Below the pieces are notes generated by a model that was given only the letters and a program-made list of their open reading frames with translations, was not told the origin of the DNA and did not search any database. The position numbers and the translations under genes are program-made. This document shows, one piece after another, positions 26,401 through 38,877 of a stretch of 64,000 nucleotides of DNA (positions within the stretch are counted from its first letter, which is position 1; each line of letters begins with the position of its first letter). Source of the DNA: Octopus bimaculoides (Eukaryota); contig NC_068983.1 of the NCBI RefSeq assembly GCF_001194135.2, positions 153,684,602 to 153,748,601 on the forward strand, given 5' to 3'.

Positions 26401-29234
26401 CATATGTACGTAAGTCAGTAAGAGAATGAGTGGCGCAAGTTAAAAATTCGCATTCGCTTGTGCGTGATGTTCACGTTTATGTGCATGGTATTTTTCGATT
26501 GACCCTAACCCTAACTTTTATTCTCAGGTGCTTTGCCCAGTTTTTTTTAATTACTGTAATTTCTGGACTATAATTTTGCATGGCATTTAGATGTTGAAAT
26601 TTTATTCAGATTTTATTTAATAAGTTTCCGTTCTTATCTCCAAATGCTCCACACAAATACCTGCTTCTGCAATTTCTAGGCCTTCCAGAAAGAAGAAGGC
26701 AGTACTCTGCTTTGCGCATATTTTCTAGAAAATATTGTTTTAGTTGTACAATATATATCCTCTGATAATATTCTAATTTCAGGAGGGATCTTCATTTGAT
26801 ATAACTGACATTTATTTTTCTCATGTTTTACTCTAAACAAGAAACCATTAATGTTCTCGTTGTCCTTCATAGACTGGATAATACATTTAACTTCAAAGGC
26901 ACAGTATTATATCTTTACATTAATATTCATTTCTTTATTCGTAAACTTTAGTTTAGTTATAAATATTAATCTAAAACTTCCTTAATAATATTTTCCTCAC
27001 CAGTTTCTTTACACATAATTTACTTTCTCTACTTTATCGACCACATTTATGTATGCCCATGCTTGGTATAATTTTCGCATTTTCTCCTGATATTACTTAC
27101 GTTTTATCTTACAATCATTCAAGCCACAATATGTATGCAACATACTATCAAGCAATTTGCCATCTGCAGAATAATTTTAATATGTTTATATATACAGGAT
27201 ATATTGCATAATAAGACCCATAAATTTCTGACCGCATCCGCACCCCACCTTATATAGATGTAGAGTTTCATTCGCAACTTCATAAGGAATATTATTTTCA
27301 TTATTTAGGATTACTATTTCTTGTGTTGTACAACTCGCATCGTGCAGCAATTAGTTTCCATATTATATATATTTTTTCCAATTTGGAACCATACACGACA
27401 TATATCACAAAATCTGTCCATATCACTTAATATTGATTCTCACTTATCTCTAAAATTGTAATCAAGGTATTTGTGATATATAAGTGAGCCAGTCATTTCT
27501 CCGAGGCATTTAGGACTCGTTATCTATATCTGAAAACACGTTAAATATTTTTTTCCGCGGAAATATTTTTTCGTACTCCTAATGTTCGTGTAAACACTCT
27601 AGGAACAAGAGGATGCCATTGTATTTTGTGTTTCATATAAGAACAACCATACGAATGAAGATCTTTTCCTTTCCTAAAGCATTCAGTATTCATTACTTAT
27701 GTTTCGTTTAGTGTATTTTTGCGTAGATGTTAGATATTTTATCCCCGGATTTAGCAGATATTTCCAGAAGCTTTCGAAGTATAACAGCAAATGTAATTTT
27801 ACTATGTACAGAGATCATAGAGCTAAATGTTAACAATCCGATTCGGTGGAATTGCGAATATGCACTCTTCAAAATACTGCAGTCATGAGCATGCATTTAT
27901 AAATTACTTTTTACCAACAGCCATTTTACTGTATTCTGAACGGCTTATACATATCTAAGTTAGGTCGTCGCACAACCAAATTTCAAATGATAAATTACCG
28001 AGACAAATTACCCAGTGACGTCTTCCACCTCCACTAAGGGGCAATTTTATGCTCCGAAACATGCTTGAAAATGCTCCATGTTTTATTAAATGTCATTAAA
28101 ATAATATATTAGCTATTTGTTATTGTGGCTTTCTCACCTTACAATTATTTCCAGTAAGCTTTAAGTGTTGCGTCTATGAAATAGATTACGGATTAGCCGA
28201 ATATTAATTATAATGCAGAAAACAATCTGAATAATTTATATTTTCAATCTTCAGATACGGATATATTTATGTATGATTCCATCCGCACTAAATACAAATA
28301 GGAAATTATACACATTCTTATAACGGACGTAGTATTTAACAAAGAACTCACTACACAATGTTATACTATTATAGTACTTCTATCTTTAGTAAATGACTAT
28401 TGAGGGTTTTTTTTTTCTGTAGGAAAAAGGTGTGAAGTTTAATATATAAGCTATCTTTTGGAAAAAAAAGTATGAAGCTTAATATATAAGCTATCTTGTG
28501 ATCCCTGTGTATGCAAAATTTCCATAGTATTTTCGATGTGTCCTTGTCTGAAACAAGTGGAAAACATCAGAGTATCTGAAATATATTTCTAATGGTTTGG
28601 AATTGGTTTGTTGTACGTATGTAAAGTAGATCTGCGATATCATGTCTCATAATGGATTTTATCGGAGCTAGTGTAGGATATTTAATATTTTTAGTGTACA
28701 GTTATTCTCATACATTATTCAACACACATGATGTGTATCTAATATGCTTATTGTTCATAAGTTGCAATTATATCAGTAATATTGTTGCTTTGTTATTCCA
28801 TCCAGATTATGTAAATTCATCCAATCGTCACAAGGAATATGTTCCGGTATGTAGTTTTCGGAAATATTTTTCATGTAAATTTAAACTTGAGTGATTCCTC
28901 AGTATGGTCATCGTATGTCATTTCTGTATTTACCGATTTGGCTGTTTCTGCAACATTCCAAACTCTACTCCATTGTTTTGAGAATTATTATCATACCGTA
29001 TCAATTAATTTTCTACCGTTAGTATAAGAGACAAATAGTGCATATAGTAAGTTTCTTTTAGTGGTTTGTATTTACAGAGTCAAGTTCTTGCAGTTAATTA
29101 CATAAACAATTCAGGATTTGCTTATGAATGTAAATGCAAAATTTGAATCATTTCCAAACGATCTGTTAATAATAGGCATTCATTCATTTTTTAAAAAATA
29201 TTTATTTAAATTTCTTGCACAGGTTCACTAAGTG

Positions 29235-29370
29235 CTCAACTGGGACTTATTTTATTGACCCCGAGAGGCAAAATCGAACTAGGCGGAATTTGAGCACAAG
29301 AGATAAAGACTAACGAGATACCGCTAAGCATTGTGTCTGGAGTACTCACGATTCCACCAGCTGGTCGCCT
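29235..29370 (-). mobile_element. SINE family A, decayed partial copy
   Basis: 'ttgaccccgagaggcaaaatcgaac...gcggaatttgag...ataccgctaagcatt'. Confidence 0.7.
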
Positions 29371-29789
29371 CTGTTTTTTTCTAAATGTTAAGATATAATG
29401 AAATTTCACAATGAGGTACATTGTCAAAATGGGACTCACATTTTAATTAGGAAGTTTATGCTTTCCTGATGGTCCTTTAGAAATAAAGATATTCAGTTGA
29501 TTACGATATGGCTCTCTGTCATGTCAGAGTAGATTAACCGAACGTAAGGTTGTTTTTTCATACTTTGTGACTCATTTACTGAATATGTATAACTATTTCT
29601 GATATAATTCCATCTTCCTCGGATAAGTTCCTTTGAATGATAGCCTGAAATCTATAATGTTTGAAAATGTATATTCTTTGTTGCATAAGATTGGTAGCCT
29701 TACAAAGTATGGTTAACTCTTTCTTCCTAGTTTCTAGATATAAACTTTAAAAATTAAGTCAGTTTATTGTGTTGCACCCAGAGTTCGAT

Positions 29790-30190
29790 AATTGTTTCTC
29801 CTTCCTCGCCTTCTTTCTTCTTTCCTCTTGCTGTTGTTGTTGTTGTTGTTGGTGGTGGTTTTGATCTTCTTTTTCTTCTTCTTCCTCTTCTTCCTCACCA
29901 GTAGTAGAAGTAGTAGCAGCAGCAGCAGTATTACTAGTATCAATATCATCACGGTACATATAACCAGACAGTGTGCGTCGTATTTCGCGCTTTATCTTAT
30001 CTTCAATGTCTCCGTCTCTTATTGGCAACATGACAAATCATTATCATCATTTCTAGCACCAATGTGATCCACACCAACACCACCCAGTCATCATCATTAT
30101 CATCATTGTCCTCAGCATCAGTAGCAAATGTAGCTCCAGCCGTGTTAGTTGTAGTAGCAGCAGTGTAATAGTAACGATTTGCACAGGAAT
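29790..30190. repeat. mosaic trinucleotide low-complexity tract (CTT/GTT/GTA/GCA/CAT)
   Basis: Direct reading; explains homopolymer-rich ORFs 29759-30235. Confidence 0.8.
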
Positions 30191-30790
30191 TGACGAGCAT
30201 AGTGAAAAAATAGTAACATGAAAGCATATTCCCATTCGTACGTTATCCTTTTAATTTAAAATATATTTAATACGACACCGGTAAGCTGCCATTAGATATA
30301 TTGTAGGTAAATGAGATCATTGATAAGTTAGTCTCTCTATACAAAACCATTCAAGCAAATTGTAATTTATGATTTACTAATATATATTTTACATTATGAA
30401 ATGAAGGATATACTGGTACAGTTTAACCTTTTTTCATGCTGTCACTAGCACTTACGTTATGAATATAATTAAGACTTCCCTTGTAGAAATATTTGTTGAA
30501 GTATTATATAAAAACTTAAAGGAGATACGTGAAGCGTAGAGTGAAAGAATTAGTACAGAAAAAAGATATTTTGTATACTAGTGGCACAGTAATAGCATAG
30601 ACTTGCATGGACACGTCACACATAAATACATACCTATATGCACGAACACACAATGATACAGAAAACCACATATGTTACATAAACATAGTCAACGTACACA
30701 TACAAATATCCATGCAGATTCAGTAAAAATGAGAGTGGCACCGAGAGGCAAGGTGCATGTGAGATAGTGACCGAAAATTGTAAAATAATT

Positions 30791-31420
30791 ATTTCCTCCT
30801 CTAGGCACAAGGCCCGTAATTTTGGGGGAGTGTCCAGTAGATTAGATCGACCCAGTGCGCAACTGGTACTTAATTTAACGACCCCGAAAGGATGAAAGGC
30901 AATGTTAATCTCGGAGGAATAGGAACTCAGAACGCAAAACAGACGAAATACCGCGAAGCATTGCTCACCGCCTAAAGTGTACCATATTTTTTTTTCTATT
31001 CTAGGTAGAAGGCCCGAAATTTTGGGGGAAGGGACTAGTCGATTAGATCAACTCCAGACCGCAACTGTTACTTAATTTATCAACCCCGAAAGGATGAATG
31101 ACAAAGTCGACCTCGGCGGAATTTCAATTCAGAACGTAAAGACAAACGTAATAACGCTAAGTATGTCGCTCGCCGTGCTAACGTTTCTTATTTCTTTATT
31201 GACTACAAGGGGCTAAACATAGAGGGGACAAACAAGGACAGATAAAGGGATTAAGCCGATTATACCGACCCCAGTGCGTAACTCGTAGTTAATTTATCGA
31301 CCCTGAAAGGATGAAAGGCAAAGTCCACCTCAGTGGAATATAAACCCAGAACGTAACGGCTAACGAAATACCGCTAAATATTTCGCCCGGCGTGCTAATG
31401 TTTCTGCCAGCTCGCCGCCT
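30791..31420 (-). mobile_element. SINE family A array: monomer (30791-30972) plus dimeric copy (about 30985-31420)
   Basis: Three family A units by alignment with the 4607 copy; dimer has an internal 'aagggg ctaaacatagaggggacaaacaaggacag' segment also present in the 33354 dimer. Confidence 0.9.
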
Positions 31421-32349
31421 TAAAGTGTACAATCATTGAAACAGAAATATAGTCAGATGAACTAAGAGAACGATAAATACGAAAGTATGTAGGAGGAGGG
31501 TACATTAAATACGGATAAAACACACACACATACTATCAAAAATGTGTCTCATTGTGTATTTGCATTTATGTGTAGATTATAGTGAATATAAAACCTGCAG
31601 CTTCACTAACTAATCTACTTGTAATTTTACACACAAGTATTGAACATTCCTCACTCGATCATTTGACGCAGTTCAATGAGCTGACAGCATAGGCAGAAAC
31701 ACAAACGCATTTGCATATACAAAGGTAGCATTCTATAAGTTCTCCTTAACGTACATGTACTCCATGAAGCTTCAAAAGTGCAGTATTCGGCTGGAAAATG
31801 CATCTCGTATAGAAGTATAATAGTACCTAATACCCAAGAAAATCAGTAATAAACACCAAGCGTTCATGAGCGACGGCGGAATTGCTAAATCCTGATTCTT
31901 GTCTCCTTAAGCTAATAACACACATACCCACGCACACACACATTTACACACACTCGCACACACACCACTTATGCCTGTATGCTTATGTATGTATGTATGT
32001 ATGTATATGTATATGTGTGCGTGTGCGTGTGCGTATGTGCGTGCGTGTGTGTGCTTGTGCGTGTATGACTGTGCATATAAACATTTCACATATTTCCTAA
32101 GCTGTCGATTATAGATCACTGGAATATATCACCCTTGCCAACGGGAACGAGAAACACAGATTTTACTTGAAAATATAACCGTATTGTTTCAGTTACACAA
32201 TTCGTTCTCGTGCAAAGAGTTTTCCATCTGTTAAATCAGTTAGCTATCGGCTTACTCTAGGTCTCTTTTCCATTTTGTATTATGACGTATTGGAACAACA
32301 TAGAAGCTTTTGAAATTTTATAAATGTACAATATAGAGTTATAATATTG

Positions 32350-32865
32350 GTTACGAATTTTGGAATAAGGCCAGCAATATCGCTAGAGGGAGAAGTCTAT
32401 TAAACGTGCCGTGTGATTCAACTGGTACATAATTTATCGACTTGGAAGGCTGAACGGCAAAGTCGACTTCGGTGGTATTTGAACTCGGAAACTAAAGACA
32501 GTCGAAATTCACCTAAGCGTATGCCAGGCATGCTAACGGTTCTGCCAGCTCGCCTACAAAGTCATATTCTTTTCTACTCTAGGTACAAGGCCCGAAATTT
32601 GGGAGGCGGGGCCGTAAATTAGATTGATCCATGTACGCATCAATGGATGAAAGATAAAGCGGAATTTGAACTCAGAACGTTAAGACAGACGAAATACTAT
32701 CACACAAAAACTTATAGCAGGAAATAAAATAAAAACAGTCAATAGAGACATGCACTTACTCCACAGACGCACTCCAATAATAATTACCAATAAATCCAAA
32801 CTCACACAGACGAATCACCGATAAGCATTTCGCCCCGTGTGCTAACGTTTCTGCCAGCTCGCCTA
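32350..32865 (-). mobile_element. SINE family A array: two monomers, the right one interrupted by about 120 bp
   Basis: Heads end at 'ccagctcgcct' 32545-32555 and 32855-32864; tail of second unit at 32569. Confidence 0.8.
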
Positions 32866-33133
32866 AAAAGTCATATTAATCATATATAAGCTTCTACATT
32901 TTAGAATATGAGGTTTAATTTGTTACCTGTTAATTTGTTAAGTTTTGTTGATGTAGAAGTTTTACTTTTCAAATCACGTTACTTTAGATGTATTAGTAAT
33001 TCCATTATTCAATGGGTGTATTTTATGCTATGATCTACTTTAATGAATTATTCGATAACTTGTTCATATATTTTATAGCGTTAGTTTGATTCGTTCTTCA
33101 ATAGAATTTACTTGTACTTTATTTCTTAAACTA

Positions 33134-33786
33134 AAGCGGCGAGCTGGCAGAAGCGTTAGCACACCGGGCGGTATTTCGTTTGTTCTTATGCTCTGAGTTC
33201 AAATTCCGCGGGTAATTTTGCCCTTCATCCATTCGGGGTCGATAAGTTGAGTACTGCTGTTGATTTTATTGACTGGTCCTCTCCCCCAAAATTTTGGGCC
33301 TCGTGCCTAGTGTAGAAAAGAACGAAATTTGTTTGTTCATTATTTCTTAACCTAAGGCGACGAATCAGCAGAAACGTTAGCAAAGCCGGGCGAAATGCTT
33401 AGCGGTATTTCGTCTGCCGATACGTTCTGGGTTCAAATTCCGCCGAGGTCGACTTTGCATTTTATTCTTTCGGGGTCGATAAATTAACAACTACTTATGC
33501 ACTGGGGTCGATGTAACCGACTTAATCCCGTTGTCTGTCCTTGTTTGTCTCCTCTATGTTTAGCCCCTTGTGGGCAATAAAGAATTAAGAAACGATAGCA
33601 ACTCCGGGCGAAATACTTAGCGGTATTTCTTCTGTCTTTACGTTCTGATTTCAAATTCCGCCGAGGTTGACTTTGCGTTTCATCCTTCCGGGGTCGATAA
33701 ATTAAGTAACAGTTGCGTACTGGGGTTGATCTAATCGACTGGCCCCTCCTCCAAAATTTGGGTTCTCCTGCCTAGAATAGAAAAGA
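33134..33786 (+). mobile_element. SINE family A array: monomer (33134-33322) plus dimeric copy (33354-33786)
   Basis: Three family A units in sense orientation; same dimer junction as the 30985-31420 copy. Confidence 0.9.
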
Positions 33787-35743
33787 TTATTTCTTAACTT
33801 AGATTGACTTTAGTACTCAGTGCCTCCGTTTCTTGTTCTAATTAATCAGCTGCGTATAAATCACAAAAATGAAATTTCTTCTGTATGTTCTATTTTCGAG
33901 TTAAGTTGTTTTTCAGTAGTGAAATGTAAAGTTTACTCGCATTAGGTTTTGAAATAGTGACATTTTACTTATAAAAAGTATTTCAATTTTATTGTAGGCT
34001 TATAGGACCATTGGTTAGCGTTGTAATATACATGTTCATTGTTTTCACTTTGATTATGGAAAAAATAAGGGTTTCAAATTTTGGCGCAAAGCCAAGAATT
34101 TTGTGAGAAAGCGCATATTATTTATGTGTATATTTGAATTTTTCATGCGATTATAGACCCATTGGTTAACGTGGTATATGTGTACTTTCTTTTCACATTA
34201 TGAAAACATGGCTTCAAATTTTGGCGCAACGCCAACAATTTAGGTGCAGGGATGGTACTTATGAGAGGCAAAGTCGACTTGTGAAGATGTCAAACTCAGA
34301 AATTGAATATGAACGAAATGAGCGCAGAATTATGTCCGGCGTGCGAAGAATTATGTCAGTTCACTGCCTTATAAAACTCAATAGAAATAATACTTAAAAC
34401 GTAACGTGAAGAAACAAAATCATGAATAGGAGTAGGTAAAAAAATTTCTGAAGTCTCTAAATAAATCTACAGTTAAATCGAATAAACATCTTAAACTGGT
34501 GAAATAAAAATTTCAGACTGATGAAATAAACATGTAAAACTAGTTGGCCAGAACGTTACTACTTTTCATAATAACATGAATCTATTGGATGAAATCGATT
34601 GACCTTTGACGGTAAAACATAAGTACTGAAAATTGAGTCGAAATTTAATTAAAGAGTAAATGTCATAAATTGCGTATAATCATGGAACTAGGTATAATAA
34701 CGATAGCGAACGAAAACTATGACATTTTGGAAAGTAATAGTTTAAGAATAATTTGACTTAAAAGAGTTAAAAATTAACATTCAATTTAAGACCAGGTTGA
34801 ATGAATAATTACATATGCATATATATGTAATATATATTTATATATGCATATATACGTAATATATATATATAAATATATATGTCTCTATGCGTGTATGTAT
34901 GAATGTATGCTTGAGAGCGGGTGTATATGTGCGCGTATACATTCACAAACATCTACACACACTTTATTTGTACACATATATGCATGTGTAAATGCATACA
35001 TATATGCATATACATGGCACTTCAATCTCTACCATGAATATTGTACAGTTACTTAACACTCTCCTTTCACCGTAAAGATATTTATATATACATGATGGCA
35101 CTGCAAGGTTAAATATAATGGTATCATCAAAATCACAGGTTTATTCAAATTAAGCATTCAAATTAAATTTTTTCAGAAACGGTCACAAGTTCACACATAA
35201 AAAATATTTAGAGGAAATGCATACAAAAAGTATTCTTCATATGCAAGCATACGCCAGAGCACAAACACTTCTATACATCTGTACTCACCTATAACACTTG
35301 TAAATAGGCTTCCTTCCTTGAATGTGTGTGTGAGAACGTGTAAGTATGCCCGTGTGTGCTTGTCCGTGCAAGAGTGTGTTTGTGTAAGATGTGTCGAAAT
35401 GGGTTATATGACAACTGATTTTACAGATGTAAACACCAATTTGATATATATAAACTCTAGAAACACTTCCATTTCTGTCCGACTTCAAAGATTTCGGCAA
35501 ACATAACATTCCTTTCATCTGTAGGAGTGATTGGTGAAATGGAAATTATATATGCCAAATCAAATGATTTTATGTATTATGTTATGTTTATTATAATTCT
35601 TAGTAATAGGCGTAGTAACAGAATTTTGATGCTGATTTGTTACTATTAATACGTAACTATATATGCATGTGTGTGTGTGTCTAGCTATCTATATATACAT
35701 TTCTCTCTCTCTATTTTTTTCACAGCCCCCCTATCTCTCTCTG

Positions 35744-35781
<38 letters not shown>

Positions 35782-35806
35782 AATTATCTATCTATCTATC
35801 TATCTA

Positions 35807-35858
<52 letters not shown>

Positions 35859-36943
35859 ATAACATACATCACTTATAAATGTATTTCGCATTATTTTCAT
35901 ACGTATATCATTATGCACTTACTGTTCAACTATGCATATGCGTTTAANNNNNNNNNNNNNNNNNNNNNNNNNNNNNNNNNNNNNNNNNNNNNNNNNNNNN
36001 NNNNNNNNNNNNNNNNNNNNNNNNNNNNNNNNNNNNNNNNNNNNNNNNNNNNNNNNNNNNNNNNNNNNNNNNNNNNNNNNNNNNNNNNNNNNNNNNNNNN
36101 NNNNNNNNNNNNNNNNNNNNNNNNNNNNNNNNNNNNNNNNNNNNNNNNNNNNNNNNNNNNNNNNNNNNNNNNNNNNNNNNNNNNNNNNNNNNNNNNNNNN
36201 NNNNNNNNNNNNNNNNNNNNNNNNNNNNNNNNNNNNNNNNNNNNNNNNNNNNNNNNNNNNNNNNNNNNNNNNNNNNNNNNNNNNNNNNNNNNNNNNNNNN
36301 NNNNNNNNNNNNNNNNNNNNNNNNNNNNNNNNNNNNNNNNNNNNNNNNNNNNNNNNNNNNNNNNNNNNNNNNNNNNNNNNNNNNNNNNNNNNNNNNNNNN
36401 NNNNNNNNNNNNNNNNNNNNNNNNNNNNNNNNNNNNNNNNNNNNNNNNNNNNNNNNNNNNNNNNNNNNNNNNNNNNNNNNNNNNNNNNNNNNNNNNNNNN
36501 NNNNNNNNNNNNNNNNNNNNNNNNNNNNNNNNNNNNNNNNNNNNNNNNNNNNNNNNNNNNNNNNNNNNNNNNNNNNNNNNNNNNNNNNNNNNNNNNNNNN
36601 NNNNNNNNNNNNNNNNNNNNNNNNNNNNNNNNNNNNNNNNNNNNNNNNNNNNNNNNNNNNNNNNNNNNNNNNNNNNNNNNNNNNNNNNNNNNNNNNNNNN
36701 NNNNNNNNNNNNNNNNNNNNNNNNNNNNNNNNNNNNNNNNNNNNNNNNNNNNNNNNNNNNNNNNNNNNNNNNNNNNNNNNNNNNNNNNNNNNNNNNNNNN
36801 NNNNNNNNNNNNNNNNNNNNNNNNNNNNNNNNNNNNNNNNNNNNNNNNNNNNNNNNNNNNNNNNNNNNNNNNNNNNNNNNNNNNNNNNNNNNNNNNNNNN
36901 NNNNNNNNNNNNNNNNNNNNNNNNNNNNNNNNNNNNNNNNNNN

Positions 36944-36976
<33 letters not shown>

Positions 36977-36977
<1 letters not shown>

Positions 36978-37310
36978 GCACACCAAATCCACTGGTTTGC
37001 CTTTTCCACTGTAGTTTGGATATCGGTCATGGTGGTATTTACTTTACGATGAGTTAGGCCTAACGATAACAACAGTTGTCTCACACTGTGTCCAGCAAAC
37101 CTACTACACTCGACTTAGATTGTAAAATGCTCCGCTTTCAAGCCTGCGACTTCACATTCCTCGAGGAGGGTTACATTACGGTCAATCTTTCGAGCCCGAG
37201 CGGCCTCCATGTTACCTTCATAAGTAACCGTTACCTCGACTAGATTCACAACTTTCTTTCCTTCGCACTGCATTGAAATTCGTTTCCTTTCACATTTCAT
37301 ATGAATTAGA
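36977..37310 (-). mobile_element. HERO-like non-LTR retrotransposon C-terminal restriction-like endonuclease fragment
   Basis: KKVVNLVEVTVTYEGNMEAARARKIDRNVTLLEECEVAGLKAEHFTI*V...GHSVRQLLLSLGL...VEKANQWIW resembles the ELTVPWEE.....RK..Y..L..EC...GW...EVG.RGF...WIW C-terminus of HERO-type elements. Confidence 0.6.
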
Positions 37311-38002
37311 CCGCAATATCTTTTGATTGTAGTGTTTCATCGTCCTTTTTCGTATCTCCCTTTCTTCTGCAAATTCTCTTCATTGTCTTTGAATAAATAA
37401 AGTTTACCTCTTTTGAAATGTATTATGTTGGAGTGCCAAGTAGAAGTAAATGTATATGTTTGACATCTTCATTTTGCTACGATGGTAAAGCCACTTGAAA
37501 TATTAATTCTCAACAAAACTGCTTGAGACATTTGTGCTGTACAGAAATGTTTTATCTCCTTCAAGCAGGGAGGATAAAACCTCATAGACATTCCCTGTTC
37601 CGGCCTACCTCCTTAATTCAATGAAGACAGATTGTTCTTGCGTGCGTGGCACCATTCTGGTTGTTTGGAATTCTTCATTGGGTGTTCCTAGTTCAACTGG
37701 ATACGCAACCACAACAGATCTACAAAGGAACACTTTATCGCATTATGTAAGAGGTCTAAACTTTATAGTTCTCTGTAACATAATTTAGTAAAGTGTTCTC
37801 TTGTTGATCCTCTGTATTTATCCACATTGGCAAAGTGCAATGAGGAACAAATGATATAAACTTGTGTCTAGTGTAATGCTTCCTATATCTGTTGTGTACA
37901 TTATAAGTAGTGATACTACTAAGTGTAGTGGTAGCTGCGACGTTAATTTCATTCACTCTATGAACTGGAAACTAGGAGGGAAGTAAACTGTTCTTCTACA
38001 GT

Positions 38003-38168
38003 CCCTTTCAGTCGAGCAAATTGACCCCAGAACTTATTCTTTTGAAGCCTAGTACTTATTCTATCGATCTCTCTTGCCGAACCGCTAAGTTACAGGGATG
38101 TAAACACACCAGCATCGGTTGTCAAGCGATGTTTGGGGCACNNNNNNNNNNAACACAGACACACACAC

Positions 38169-38216
<48 letters not shown>

Positions 38217-38340
38217 GGTTTCTTCCAGTTTCTGTCTACCAATTCCACTCACAAGGCACTGGTCGGCCCAAGATGCCACGTAGTGGGACTGAACCCGGAA
38301 CCATGTGGTTGGGAAGCAAGCTTCTTACCACACACCCACA
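38003..38340 (-). mobile_element. SINE family B with internal (AC)/(AT) microsatellite
   Basis: Head 'gtggtaagaagcttgcttcccaaccacatggttccgggttcagtcccact', central microsatellite 38152-38210, 3' body 'catcgcttgacaaccgatgctggtgtg'. Confidence 0.9.
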
Positions 38341-38424
38341 CCTATCTACCTACTTCCTACCTACACACACACATATATACATACACACACACGCACACAC
38401 ACACACATAAGGATAACATCTATA

Positions 38425-38585
38425 TACTACGGGCTTGTTTCAGTTTCTGTCTACCAAATTCACTTACAAGGCTTTGGTCGACCCGAGGCTATAATAGAAG
38501 GCACTTGTCCAAGGTGCCACGCAGTGGGAATGAAGCCAGAACCATGTGGTTGATAAGCAAGCTACTTACCACACAGCCACTCAGG
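38425..38585 (-). mobile_element. SINE family B 5' half
   Basis: 'agtggctgtgtggtaagtagcttgctt' box A region and 'ccttggacaagtgccttc' CORE-like block on minus strand. Confidence 0.9.
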
Positions 38586-38877
38586 GAGTACGTATGTAAA
38601 ATTAGGGTAAGAATGACAAAGTGACACAGGGAACGTGATAAACGACAAAAATATTTACAGTATGGGGACTATAACTGTAAAAGATAAGAATCTTCATTTT
38701 GAATATTGTGTACACATTTAGTTTCGTAAGAAAGCGTCAATGTAAAAATTGATATTTTGTTCTGACAAACGAGGTCTCGAATATTGATAATAACACCATT
38801 TTAAAATAATAACACTTGGCTTAGATTAAACGACATCAATGTCAAAGTAAAGCAGTAAATATTAATTTGCTCTCACA

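Noticed and set aside
26504-26516. (CCCTAA)2 telomere-like repeat
   Set aside because: Two units only; expected by chance.
26600-27900. Very old L1/Tx1-like coding remnant on minus strand
   Set aside because: Only compositional bias and vague motifs; no run of diagnostic residues.
24195-28497. Short direct repeats (16 bp at 24195/24216; 25 bp at 28433/28473)
   Set aside because: Ordinary small slippage duplications with nothing recognisable between the copies.
29759-30235. ORFs with poly-E, poly-Q, poly-A and poly-T runs that look like a transcription-factor low-complexity region
   Set aside because: Mosaic trinucleotide repeat, open in several frames on both strands, no domain and no convincing splice boundaries.
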